Positions 25,701-38,400 of a stretch of DNA of 64,000 nucleotides are shown piece after piece. Position numbers and translations under genes: made by a program. The stretch comes from Mizuhopecten yessoensis. Taxonomy: Eukaryota. Every line of letters begins with the position of its first letter. The first letter of the stretch is position 1. The DNA lies in the NCBI RefSeq assembly GCF_002113885.1, contig NW_018406552.1, positions 960,522-1,024,521 on the forward strand, given 5' to 3'. The notes beneath the pieces were generated by a model. The model ran no database searches and was not told the DNA's origin. It worked only from the letters and a program-made list of their open reading frames with translations.

Positions 25701-28700
25701 AACAATCTAGTCACTTGTTACTGACTCGACTAGAGGTATGTCACAGTGGTTAACCATCTAGTCACTTGTTACTGACTCGACTAGAGGTATGTCACAGTGG
25801 TGAACCATCTAGTCACTTGTTACTCACTCAGCTAGAGGAATGTCATAGTGTTGAACCATCTAGTCACTTGTTACTGACTCAGCTAGAGGAATCTCATAGT
25901 GGTGAACCATCTAGTCACTTGTTACTCACTCAGTTAGAGGTATGTCTTAGTTGTGAACCATCTAGTCACTTGTTACACACTCAGCTAGAGGTATGTCACA
26001 GTGGTGAACCATCTAGTCACTTGTTACACACTCAGCTAGAGGTATGTCACAGTGGTGAACCATCTATAGTCACTTGTTACTGACTAAGTTAGAGGTATGT
26101 CACAGCGGTAAACCATCTAGTCACTTGTTACTCACTCAGCTATGGGTATGTCACAGTGGTAAACCATCTAGTCAATTGTTACTCGCTCAGCTAGAGGTAT
26201 GTCACAGTGGTGAACCATCTATAGTCACTTGTTACTGATTCAGCTAGAGGTATGTCACAGTGCATTGTGGTGAACCATCTAATCACTTGTTACTGCTGAC
26301 TAAGCTAGAGGTATATCACAGTGGTGAACCATCTAGTCACTTGTTACTTACTCAGCTAGAGGTATGTCGCAGTGGTGAACCATCTAGTCACTTGTTACTG
26401 ACTCAGCTAGAGGAATGTCATAGTGGTGAACCAACTAGTCACTTGTTACTCACTCAGCTAGAGGTATGTCACAGTGTTGAACCATCTATAGTCACTTGTT
26501 ACTGACTAAGCTAGAGGTATGTCACAGCGGTAAACCATCTAGTCACTTGTTACTCACTCAGCTAGATGTATGTCACAGTGGTGAACCATCTATAGTCACT
26601 TGTTACTGACTAAGCTAGAGGTATGTCACAGCGGTAAACCATCTAGTCACTTGTTACTCACTCAGCTAGAGGTATGTCTTAGTTGTGAACCATCTAGTCA
26701 CCTGTTACACACTCAGCTAGAGGTATGTCACAGTGGTGAACCCTCTAGTCACTTGTTACTCACTCAGCTAGAGGAATTCACTCAGCTAGAGGTATGTCAC
26801 AGTGGTGAACCATCTAGTCACTTGTTACTCACTTAGCTAGAGGTATGTCACAGTGGTGAACCATCAAGACACTTGCTACTCACTCAGCTAGAGGTATGTC
26901 ACAGTGGTGAACCATCTAGTCACTTGTTACTCACTTAGCTAGAGGTATGTCACAGTGGTGAACCATCTATAGTCACTTGTTACTGACTAAGCTAGAGGTA
27001 TGTCACAGCGGTAAACCATCTAGTCACTTGTTACTCACTCAGCTAGAGGTATGTCACAGTGGTAAACCATCTAGTCAATTGTTACTCGCTCAGCTAGAGG
27101 TATGTCACAGTGGTGAACCATCTATAGTCACTTGTTACACACTCAGCTAGAGGTTTGTCACAGTGCATTGTGGTGAACCATCTAATCACTTGTTACTGAC
27201 TCAGCTAGAGGAATGTCATAGTGGTGAACCATCTAGTCACTTGTTACTCACTCAGCTAGAGGAATGTCACAGTGGTGAACCATCTAGTCACTTGTTACTG
27301 ACTCAGCTAGAGGTATGTCACAGTGGTTAAACATCTTGTCTCTTCTGGCTTGGCTTGAGATAATTTACCTTTAGCTCATTCAGTATACCATGGTAATACT
27401 AGACCAGTCATCTGTAGTCTCAGGTTGGACTTTTAGAGTAGGCATTTGAAAAAGTGACCTTGGTAATATGTGTATATTCATTTCCTCATTAAACAGAAAA
27501 AAAGTTTAATATGTATTTCGTTAGGAATATTTACTAGAAGTATAGATGTTTACCATGGTAATAAGTGGAAAGTATTTGATATGTTATTCCAGTAACAGGG
27601 TCACCTCTGCAAATGTTTAGGACCATGAACAAGGCATTAATTCAATTTGTCAATCTAAGTTAAACACTAAACCTGCCAACAGGCATTGACTTCAAAATAA
27701 TATTTCCTTTGCCTTCTTAGGTGGAAATTTCTGTGCTGGCTATGACTTGAAAGCCTTCTCTAAATCTGACGGTACAGAAAACGGCATAGAACCACCGAAC
27801 GTATCGGATGTTGGGCCTATGGCAAGTAGTATTACTGTTCTTCCTTATATCATCATCCAAATCTCCAGACCCTCTTATTCATTCTCCCTATTTTCCTAGG
27901 TCTTTTTACTTTGTCTCACCCCTCTATCTCCTCATTGTTCCCCCTTTCCCTCCATCCTCTACATCCATCTCTCCATCCTCTTCTGTCCTATATTCTTACT
28001 ATTTACATATCTTTCACTTTTCTGTCTCCATCTAAATCTAAATCTAGACTTGAGAGACAAGAAAACTGATAAAACTCAGAGATTCAATTTTTCTATTTCT
28101 CAAGAGAGCCTATAGCTTCATCAAACTACATAAAAATCACAACAGATTTGATGAGAAACAATTGAAGTAAGCCCTTGGTTCTATAGACATTACTATGTTG
28201 TAGGGTCCTACCCGCCTGAAGCTGTCTAAGCCAGTTATTGCTGCTGTGTCAGGGTATGCTGTGGCTGGAGGATTGGAGCTTGCTCTCATGTGTGACCTCC
28301 GGGTTGTGGACGAGTCCGCTATTATGGGTGTCTTCTGTCGCAGATTTGGTAAGTTTCGTAGCTTTATTATACTCTACAAAAAGATGCTACTGATTTTACG
28401 GATGATTTGGAATGATTACAGGTGTGTCTTATTGGTTACTAATAGAGTCTATCATATGTATCGTTAAGGTACCTGGTACGTGGGAAGTGTAAAATTTGGG
28501 TAAGAACCGAGGCTTTTGCAAGATTCTGACATCACATTCTGCACCCAAGGGTATGTAGAATTTCTATATCACACATACCTTCATAATAATCGACTCCTAC
28601 CTCTTAACTGTAATTTTGGTAAAACACAACTATTAGTGGCAAATGCAAAACTAAACATAGAAAAATGTTTATACACAAACTATAAGGCCATATTAGGAAA

Positions 28701-31700
28701 GAGCAGAATTTTTTTATGGTATACTTCAAATTCTTTGTAAAACCTTTTGGGCAAGCTTGTGCAATAACTTTATGTTCCTGAATTGGTATTACATTTATTA
28801 TGTACTTGTTGCCAGCTAGATTGCCACAGTCAGTCAAACCATTATTTGTTCGGCTTTTGAGTGTGATATCATAAAAATGAAGGTCACATGAGTACTCCAG
28901 ACACATACTGGGTATATCTTACCTACATAGGGGTGTTTCTCTAATTATAGGTATATCTTACCTACATAGGGGTGTTTCTCTAATTATAGGTATATCTTAC
29001 CTACATAGGGGTGTTTCTCTAATTATAGGTATATCTTACCTACATAGGGGTGTTTCTCTAATTATAGGTATATCTTACCTACATAGGGGTGTTTCTCTAA
29101 TTATAGGTATATCTTACCTACATAGGGGTGTTTCTCTAATTATAGGTATATCTTACCTACATAGGGGTGTTTCTCTAATTATAGGTATATCTTACCTACA
29201 TAGGGGTGTTTCTCTAATTATAGGTATGGCCTTGATTGAATATTTACGTGTCTGATTGAGTACAGAAGATTACTGTTGTTTAATTTCCTGGGGCTAATTC
29301 TTTACAATTGTTCCAATAAGAACTAGTTTGCAGGGATTAAATTTCACACCACATTTCTTGGTAAAACTATCGCGCTCATGTGGGTACTTATATTTAGGTG
29401 ATGGGATTCATTTTACAAGTGTTTTGTGAAAAAAGCTAAATAAGATATTTAGTTGTGTTTATCTTCATTATTTGGCAGTGAACAGGTAAACAATTATTCA
29501 TGGAGATTATAGTTCACAATATTAATGTTTGCTGGGTATTCAATTTAGTGCTGTCTTTCATGACCACAAATATAGCCAAATGAAATATCCTACAAATATT
29601 ACCAACTGTACAGTATTTAATCAAAGGTCTCGTTACAGGTGTTCCTCTGATTGACGGGGGAACTGTTCGCCTTCCTCATCTCATTGGGTTGTCCCGAGCA
29701 CTGGACCTCATACTAACCGGGCGACCAGTGGATGCACAAGAGGCCTTGACCATAGGACTAGCTAATAGAGTTGTTCCTACCGGCACAGGTGTGGTTTCAA
29801 TATAATTGAAATCTATAATGATATAGATTTAAATTTGATGAACATTCGTTTTACAGGTAAAGTAGACACATGTATAAAGAACCTCGAATTATGAGATGCA
29901 ATATGTTGGATGTTAACTCATTTACCCCTGAAGACACATTTGAACCCTTCCAATTCAAAGGTTGGAACAGTTCATTATGAAACTTCAGGGGTGAATGAGT
30001 TAAAGGTGGCACAATAAGCGGTGGTTTAACAAGTAAGGCCTACAATTATTTTGCCATTAGAGAGATGACTGTTTCTTGTATGAGGTGTTTCATGAGGTAT
30101 GAGATATATTTTGTGATAGGGTAGGGGTATTTGTATGTAGTAACTAAAATCTTATTCCATTATAAAAGCAATTACATACATGTGTATGACATGCATACAC
30201 TTTCAATATATGTAATGAATCAGGTTGTCTGTTGTCTCTTCCTAGAGAGTATCTTGTTAAAAAACTCCTTCAGTCTTCAATCAGATTTCACATCACTTAA
30301 TTTTCTTACGTGATGACAACCTCTGATGTAGGATGACTGTACTTACTTTCCCAATCTGATTTTTTTTATGGGAGTTATTCCCCTTTAACAAATATAAGGC
30401 AAATCTTGTTTGGACAATTTCTCTTGCTGTATATTCTTATTTTTTTAAACTGATGCAATCATCACATCATGAATCTATGCACCTGTGCTTCTTTTTTTTC
30501 AAATCCAGCTTTTTTATGGGAGTTATGCCCCTTTTGCAAATATCCTTAGCTCAGTGTTGTTCATGCTAATTTACATTTGGTCTAAATTTTGTACAGAATA
30601 TTTTGTTCTGAAAACCTCTGAATATGAGGATTGAATGATGTATTTTTAATTTCATGCTGGTATGAATGCAACATAGTTACATACACAATACACATTCCAT
30701 AGCCCGCTAGGGCTTCATGGTAAATATGTATGTAATCAATTTAATTTCATACCATCATAGTTCATAAACATTGTAAAAATGCTGTTTAATCCTTATTTTT
30801 ACATTCTAAATTGTTAGTTAGTATAATTGACCTATATGTATATATTCCCATATGTTTTCAATATTCAAGTGTCTTCCAACGGTTGTCACATGTTATTTGA
30901 TGAGGGAGGAGAATAATGGCTTTAAAATGAAACTATCAATTTCTTCTTGTACTGCTAATAGAGAAACTTGCAGTGGAAATGTAATTTTATGAAACTTGCT
31001 ACACAAAGTTATCACTTGATATACTGGTTACTACATGTACATTGCAGTTGACTGTATTTGGTAATTTTTTTGGGGAGTCAGGAGTGTTTTTTATAGAAAG
31101 TCTTTCGATTAATGTCACATTTTCTGTTTAATCAAATTTTCTCCAGACAAATGAAATATGACATAGAGGAATGTAGATTTATCTGTTCTGTTATTATCGC
31201 CTACTTTTACCTCCCAGTCCTTGAAGCAGCCATCGACCTTGCAGCAGACATCGCACAGTTCCCCCAAAGGTGTATGAGGACAGACCGAACCTCTGCTCTA
31301 CACAGCGTGTACACCACTGACAGTTTCCAGGAGGCACTCGCACGCGAATTTTACAACGGTATCAAAGTCATTCAGGAGGAAAGTCTTCCAGGTAAAAAAT
31401 AATATCCTTATAACGAGCAAAAGGAGGACTGATCATTGCTGATGTCATTAGAGTAATGCAAAGACTACCTGAATAGTAAAGATCATTTCACTTTAGTTTA
31501 GGGACTGGATATTTAGTTGACAACCCCCATAGTTATATGGCCCTACATCAGAGATGTAGCTGTGCTATACAATTCAGTGTAACTGTCATGCTCTCCATCT
31601 ACAATATTATTTGCAGAAATCATCTCGGAAATTGAGAATTCAAATGTCTAGAATTTCTGAAATTCCACATGATGATACACTGTTATATGTTTATGTGCAT

Positions 31701-32096
31701 CATAGGTTAATCAAGCTCCTAAGGCTAAGGTCAAGGTCGCTGTTACTAGAAATAGAACAGTCAGAATATATAGATCCTGTCAAAAATACATGGAATTGCA
31801 CTTTTAGTGTCCATTTTGATGGTAGATGGTACTTCGCTAATAATAACATATCACCAGGTACTTGGAAATTCTAACATGGCCATCATTGGTTCCTTCGATT
31901 GGCTGATATATATGCACCTATAATTCTTATTCTTTTGGTAAAATTTTGTTCATACTTGGAGGTAAATGGTACTTAGTGGACTTAAAGAAATAAAATGATA
32001 TTTTTCTGTTTAACAGGAGCAAGGTCATTTGCCAAAGGAGCAGGCAGGCACGGCAAGTTCTCAGACTCCAAGACAGATCCCCCATCAAAGTTATGA
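22768..32096 (+). CDS. Crotonase-superfamily enoyl-CoA hydratase-like protein (GPMGP / [13 protein letters not shown] subtype), 7 exons, about 297 aa
   Basis: Exons 22768-22837 (alternative same-phase donor after 22852), 24477-24650, 27721-27821, 28204-28348, 29639-29788, 31218-31391, 32017-32096, all phase-compatible. Motifs [39 protein letters not shown] and [16 protein letters not shown]; protein ends GRHGKF...PPSKL. Exon 1 is the least certain. Confidence 0.93.
22960..23208 (-). mobile_element. Two adjacent tRNA-containing LTR-like units (family 2)
   Basis: Minus strand TG(T/C)AGCA...CTGGACT(G/T)GGTC... followed by GTAGCTCA(A/G)TTGGTAGAGCG (A box) and a GGTTCGATTCCC-like B box. Same family as 49735-49864. 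Boundaries approximate. Confidence 0.65.
23265..24042 (+). mobile_element. Older family-1 TRIM whose 5' LTR is interrupted by the minus-strand copy
   Basis: Both LTRs end GACCTCTGTTACA (23780 and 24042); PBS TGGCACCCACGTAGGGACC at 23782-23800; B box GGTTCGACT at 23996-24004. Left boundary approximate. Confidence 0.7.
23351..23689 (-). mobile_element. Miniature non-autonomous LTR retrotransposon (TRIM) with tRNA-like LTRs, family 1
   Basis: Truncated 5' LTR 23625-23689 (TGTCAC...); PBS TGGGGCCCACGTAGGGACC at 23606-23624 (tRNA-Lys-like); about 110-bp internal region; PPT GGAGGGGGAG near 23514-23523; 3' LTR 23351-23511 (TGT...ACA) with A/B-box-like motifs. Confidence 0.8.
24905..27335. repeat. 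Minisatellite, 51-bp unit, about 47 copies (crotonase intron 2)
   Basis: GTATGTCACAGTGGTGAACCATCTAGTCACTTGTTACTCACTCAGCTAGAG. Confidence 0.98.
28911..29226. repeat. Perfect minisatellite, 39-bp unit, 8 copies
   Basis: GGTATATCTTACCTACATAGGGGTGTTTCTCTAATTATA, with identical copies. Confidence 0.98.
29917..29999. mobile_element. 83-bp TTAA-flanked MITE (piggyBac/Kolobok-type target site)
   Basis: TTAA-CTCATTTACCCCTGAAG...CTTCAGGGGTGAATGAG-TTAA. Related copies at about 12461-12543, 20615-20707 and 40097-40175 (partial); a similar family at about 15935-16025 and 34323-34411. Confidence 0.8.
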
Positions 32097-32345
32097 GGAC
32101 TCTTGGATCTAGACATTTCTACCTCTTACTGTGATATACTGTCAGGCATTACTTGTGATTCCTTAGAAGAGATCAACTGATGATGATTATCAGTTATAAT
32201 ACAGACTTTTGATTGTTTCACATGTACAAACCCACAGTAACCTGTGACCTCTGGGTGGTAGCAGTTAAGGATCCCTGTCCCAATGCAGGTAAAACACTAG
32301 AGAGTTCCACTGTAGTGGTTTTTACTTCAAGTTACTTCCTTCCCC

Positions 32346-32900
32346 CTTAATTATGTCTCCCCTTCGAATGAAGGGAGACATATTGTATTAGTACTGGTTC
32401 TTCTTCTTCTGGTTCTTCTCATCACAACTTGTCCGGGCCATAACTTTTTAACCGTTAAAGATATCTTGATGAAACTGGAGGTATGCCTACATCACCCATA
32501 GAAGGTTTGCTGTGCACTGGAATTAGGTCACTGTGGCCTTCACCTTAAGGTCAAAGGTTAAATAAGTGCAGCATTTTCAGTAAATTTTGTCTGGCCCGTA
32601 AATTTTAAACAAGTAAAGATATCTTGATCAAACTTGAAGTATACCTGCCTCACCCACAGAAGGTGTGCAGTGCACTAGAATTAGGTCTCGTGCCCCACTA
32701 TATACAGAGTTATGGCCCTTTGTTCATTTTTAATACCGAAGTTTGTCCGGAGCATAAGTTCCATGTTATTTCACCTACGTTGACCAAACTTATCATATTT
32801 ATAAATCTTGGGAAGGCAAAAGCTCTCGTGCTGGTACCGGCATACAAAATATGGCAATTTCTGTTAGCAGAGTATGCGACATGCCCCAGAAATGTGCCAT
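32346..32900 (+). mobile_element. HINE-like element
   Basis: 5' hairpin TATGTCTCCCCTTCGAATGAAGGGAGACATA, (CTT)n microsatellite and roughly 160-bp internal repeats. Right end approximate. Confidence 0.55.
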
Positions 32901-35401
32901 ACTGTGTGCAAAGGGTTGTAGCTCTGTAATTTGTGGTGGAAGAAACCTTATTTTCATATACAATGACCAATAAATCCGAGAGATACTCGCATACAGAATT
33001 TGGCATTGTTGATGACAGAATATATGAAATATGCCTAAACATTGTAATGATAAACAAATATTTATAAATAGTGGGGCATAATACCTGATAACAGTTCATG
33101 ACACTAAGACAACCCAAACGGATATAGAGCCCTCTCTAGCTAGAATTAGCCACTCTAAAGTGCTATACAGTGCATAGATATATAATTTCATACAATCAAT
33201 ATAATTAACATATACATTGAATAATACATTAATCATTACAATGTTCAAGGAATTTGCAGGAGCTGCCTTATCAGGCACTAAACTGCTAGTCCTTTTCCAC
33301 CTGGCTAATATCTCCCTATGTGTATGCCTGCGGATGTTGGAGAGGAATTGTGTTCTGTTGGTAGTGGCTATCGTAGATGACAGAATATACAATATATCAT
33401 CCAGACAAAACAATACATGGACAGACAAAGAGCAAACCTATAGTCTCTTCTGGCATAATAAATGGGGAACAAAAAGTGAACATTAATCATAGAAATCTAG
33501 GACACTCAGCTTGAATTAGGAATTGATCCAGAGCACAGAATCTGTATGCAGACAAAATAACAATCCTCAAAAGTGCCATAAATAGAAATGGTCTCTGGCA
33601 GATATCAACTTTATCAATTTTGATCCTTAAAATATTCAAAAAAATAGTAATAATATTTTTACAAGCTAATTTTATTCACAATTTCATTAACAGATTATTT
33701 ATTGCCCTTTTATACATGTAAATGGAGGAATTAATAAGTGCATGGTTTCAAAATGTCCGACTTCCTGTTTATGATGTTAAAGGACATTTCAGGTGTATAA
33801 ATGATTATTTTATGTGCAGTCCAACAACCAGTCATACATGTAACTGCAAAATAATGATAATAATACATGTACAATGTATAAAATATACAAATGTAAAATA
33901 ATAACCAGTAAGGCATCAATATATTTGAAATTTGTTGTTTATTTACAAGCCTGTTAAGAAATAGACAAACTGTATTGAGACAGCAGATGTCAAAATACCT
34001 TAAAACTCCATATGACAGTCAATTTCATGCTAACTCCACCTGTATTAAGTGACCACCTGTATTAAGAGACCACCTGTATTAAGAGACCACTTTTAGAATT
34101 CTCCATTACAGTAATTTTCATGTTAATTGAATCAATAGATAATGAGACAACAGGCACCTGTTATAAGGAACCACTTAGTGTACCTCCTTAAAGTGGTCTC
34201 TGAGTTCAGGTTTCACACTATTTGAATTTTCAGTTGTATATAAATACACAGTAGTTAGAGATGTGTACAGTTGTAAGGTGAAACCTGTGTGACCAAATTG
34301 TACATTCAAGGGAGTAGCTGCCTTAACCCTTTCCCCACTGTAGGCCATAATGGACTCATCCAGATCAATGCATGGTAGAGTTTGGTAAAGTTATGTAGTT
34401 AAAAAGGTTAAATACGCTAGCTGTATGCAGGTAAATCCAACAAATTTTGAAACAAAACAAAAACAAAACAAAAAACAGTTTATAATACCAGCTTGGCCCA
34501 CTTTCAAGGCCCTGCCCTAGACCCGCTCTGTTACTAACTTTTTAAAACTTCTATGGGGGAGATTATGTGTGCTCAGAATAAAAAGCATAAATAATATGTG
34601 AATATGTACACCCTAAGGAAAAAGTAACACCTTGAAAGAGCATCTTTGGAGCTGTTCTTTCAGATGAAATTGTCAGATTTTAGAAAATAGGAACAGTTAA
34701 GCAAATTTACTTGTTAAAAATGCTCAATTTTAGGGTCCAATATCAGGAATCTCCCTCGAAAATAGGGAGAGTTGGCAAGTATGCACTCTTAAATAAATCC
34801 ACTCAGAACAAGAGGTAGCTTCGCCCCTGACAGCACAAACATATTGTCAATCCATACTGCCAAACTTTATATACTAAACATGTTTACAAAGTGAGAGTTT
34901 TTTTTAACAATAATAATAATAATAATAATGCTTTATATATAGAAGGTAGCTCAACTAGTTACAAAACTATTCTCCCTTGAGGCCTTCTCTACAATCTACG
35001 GCAATAATATATACGAGTAATAGCATTAAATATGAATATAAATTCAGTTATACTGTAATTAAAAGTCAACATTGCAAAGACTTGAATTACAATTCTAGCA
35101 TAATTACAGCCAAATATGTTGCTGTAAAATGAGTTAACTTGACACCTATACATGTACACCTTCTATAAGAGATATACAGAATCAATTATACACTTACACA
35201 TAGAATGAAGACTAGAACAATAGTTCTGGGGCAAGTTAAAGCTATGGTTACAAAACAAAATAATACAAACACAGAGTAATGACAAAATATTTCAAATAGC
35301 AAAAAAAAAACATGTTTTGGTGAAATTTTCTTCAACACTAATTCTGTTATGTACATTTATTTCAAAATCTTTGTGGCCAATTCTGTTATGTACTTGCAAG
35401 C

Positions 35402-38400
35402 CTAATTTGGGTTGGTCCTTGATGCAGCTGGTGGTATACCCGAAGGCTCCATACGTGGTAAGGGTGGTCCTGGTGTAGTCCAAGCATTTTCCTAAAATAT
35501 ATAAAACAAGTGATATATTTTAATAGTCTTGGTAGGTTATGTGCCTTTTGGGCATGTATCACTCACCTGTCGCGTTTGTTATCTGAACAAATTGAATTCG
35601 CTGTCATCAATATTCCAATTTTGGTAGGCAAGACATGATGAAATGCACACTTACAATGCGGTAAACTTTAGAATTTTTAATGGCACAGATTGCTAAAGTT
35701 CAAATTGCAGAATCCAAGAGGACTACCTGGTGCATGTATAAAAAACAAAGGCCACAAGACAGTCGTCTTTAGCTTGAGCAATTTTGCTGCCTGCGATAAA
35801 CATTTATTTTATATATATAAACTAGAATGAACTTGAAAAAATAAAAAAAGAATAAGGCCCCTGACAATCTTTTCATTCGTTGTGAGAATTGACATCTGAG
35901 TCTGGAGAAGAAGATTTTTGAAATATCTTTTAATTTTCCCTGTAGGGCCCCATCCTGGCCCCTGGGGTTGGGGCAGGCATCCCAATTTTAAAATTTGATA
36001 CCCACTTCCACCAAGGATGGTCCCTACTAAGTTTGGTGGAAACACACAATGCAAAGCTCAGATGACATAAAAAGGGATAACAAACTTGAACTCTCAAAAT
36101 CCAAGATGGCTGCCTAGGGGCCATCTTGTGTTTTCGATTGGTCCAAAAAGCAAACATGTACAACTTCAGTCCATCTTGAGAAGTAGGCTAAAAAGCAATA
36201 TTATGTTTGTAAGCTCAGACAGCCCTTTTCAGGCGAGGTAAGTAAAAAAAGAATGAGTTTAGAACTGAACAACAGCATTATGTCTCCTGGTAATTCTGTT
36301 GCCTGGCAGTGTCTAGATTACCAAAGTTCCATTGTTTACTGTTCCATCATACATACCATGTTGTCCTTGCCAGCACCATCAGAGCGCCTATAACCATCAA
36401 CCCTTTCACGGTCTGCTAGTAAATAGAATGAGAAATTTACTTAACTTTCTGTTATACATTTCAAGATTAAGAATTATGAATTGGGATTTAAATTTCAGAA
36501 AAAAAATGGTAACTTCTTCAGTAAGAAAAAATTCTATGCTAACCTGAACTACATTTGACATATTTTACATATGTATTCTTCATTTGACATGTTTTACCAG
36601 TTAGCATTGTCTATTTTAGACTGAGATATTTTATACGGCAATAAAGTTTTACCTGTTGGACATCGCTCATCTCTGTTGTAACAGCTGCTGTCTACGACAA
36701 CCTACAATAAAGGACAAGAAATCTTGGTGACTATAGAGTGGCACATAAACCCAGTCGAAACTCGAAACCTTCGATTTTATTGCTAAAAACATATGTAGAA
36801 CAAATACCACAATAAACAAGATAAATCCGAGCTGTTTAACGTACCTCCTGGAGTTCTTGTACAGAGCTCTGTGCATCTTCTGCTGTAAAATTAATACTGT
36901 ATTTAATGATACATATTGAATCTCGCCATCCTGATATATGCATTTTTCAGTCCATTTGATAAATAATTAATGAGAAATTAACTTAACTTTCTGTTATACA
37001 TTTCAAGATTAAGAATTATGAATTGGGATTTAAATTTCAGAAAAAAAATGGTAACTTCTTCAGTAAGAAAAAATTCTATGCTAACGTGAACTACATTTGA
37101 AATATTTTACATATGTATTCTTCTTTAAACATGTTTTACCAGTTAGCATTGTCTATTTTAGACTGAGATAAGTATTTTATACCGCAATAAAGTTTTACCT
37201 GTTCGACATCGCCCATCTCTGTTGTCACCGCTGTGTACAACAACCTACAATAGAGGACAAGAAATCTCGGTGACCATAGAGTGGCACATAAACCCAGTCG
37301 AAACTCGAAACCTTAAATTTTATTGCTAAAAATATATGTAGAACATTGTACAAATACCACAATAAACATGACTGATGGTTTTCCATCAACGCTTATATCA
37401 CCCAAGAAAAACAGCATGTGTTTTTTCATTTGTATGAAATTTGGAGATCCCGTCCGGAATTTGATTAACTTTCATTTTCCCTATATTCTATACATGCCAG
37501 TTCACAGGACAGCATAAACGTTATTATACAAAAACTGCTGATTTAAGCTTTCTGGTCCAATTGCATAGAAGCGTTCCCCAAATATTCACAGAATGCGTGT
37601 GGTAGAAATATAACAGTCTGATTTTTGAGTGTTCTCCCCTAGGACAGGGTCGAGGAAAGGGTACATACAGTCAAACTTCAAAGATTCCAATTTCTCGACG
37701 TGTCAAACTTATGATAATGTCTGAATGTTTTCCTTATTTAACACAACTGATATTCCACTAACGAATCGAACTATTATGAGCTAAATTTCTTCCTGTTTCG
37801 AACTACAATCAAGGTCCGATCGGTAGCAAAACATTCAAAATTTACACACTACATAACGTAATAAAGGAAGAAAAACAATTACCTATAACAGAACATTGAA
37901 ATGTCTTTAAGTTGTAATACTTAAAGATGCAAACTACAGTGAATAAATGCATGTACATGTAAACATATTTTCCCCATTAAATTCAATCCAATATTTATGA
38001 ATTTCAAATTAAATCACATTCAGCTTAATGCATCATGGATCTTGGAAGATATTCAAAGTTCAACGTTTGCGAGTCAAAGTTTCAACATTTCAAATTTTCT
38101 CCGAAGGTCCAGCAAAGTTTGAAACATCAAAGTTTTAGTGTTCCCTTTGCTGCCCTCTCATGATTATGTACCTATGTAGCTAGATACCACAAAATAGCAT
38201 TGCATCTAGTGGTAACCCTTATACAAGAGGCCCAAAGGGCCTTAATGCTGACATGAGTTCAAAAAAGACGAAAATGTCTCGGCCAATCAAATAGCACTCA
38301 ATTGAGTAAAACGCATGAGGTTTGTAATTATTACATCTGCACTGGGTCATTTGGTGCAGTCATTCTTGTGAGAAGAAGTTGAAAATGATTCAGCCAATCA

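Noticed and set aside
24948-26836. ORFs with the 17-aa repeat [17 protein letters not shown]
   Set aside because: They result from a 51-bp unit divisible by 3. The array lies in an intron, has frameshifting 2-nt insertions and stops, and has no splice support.
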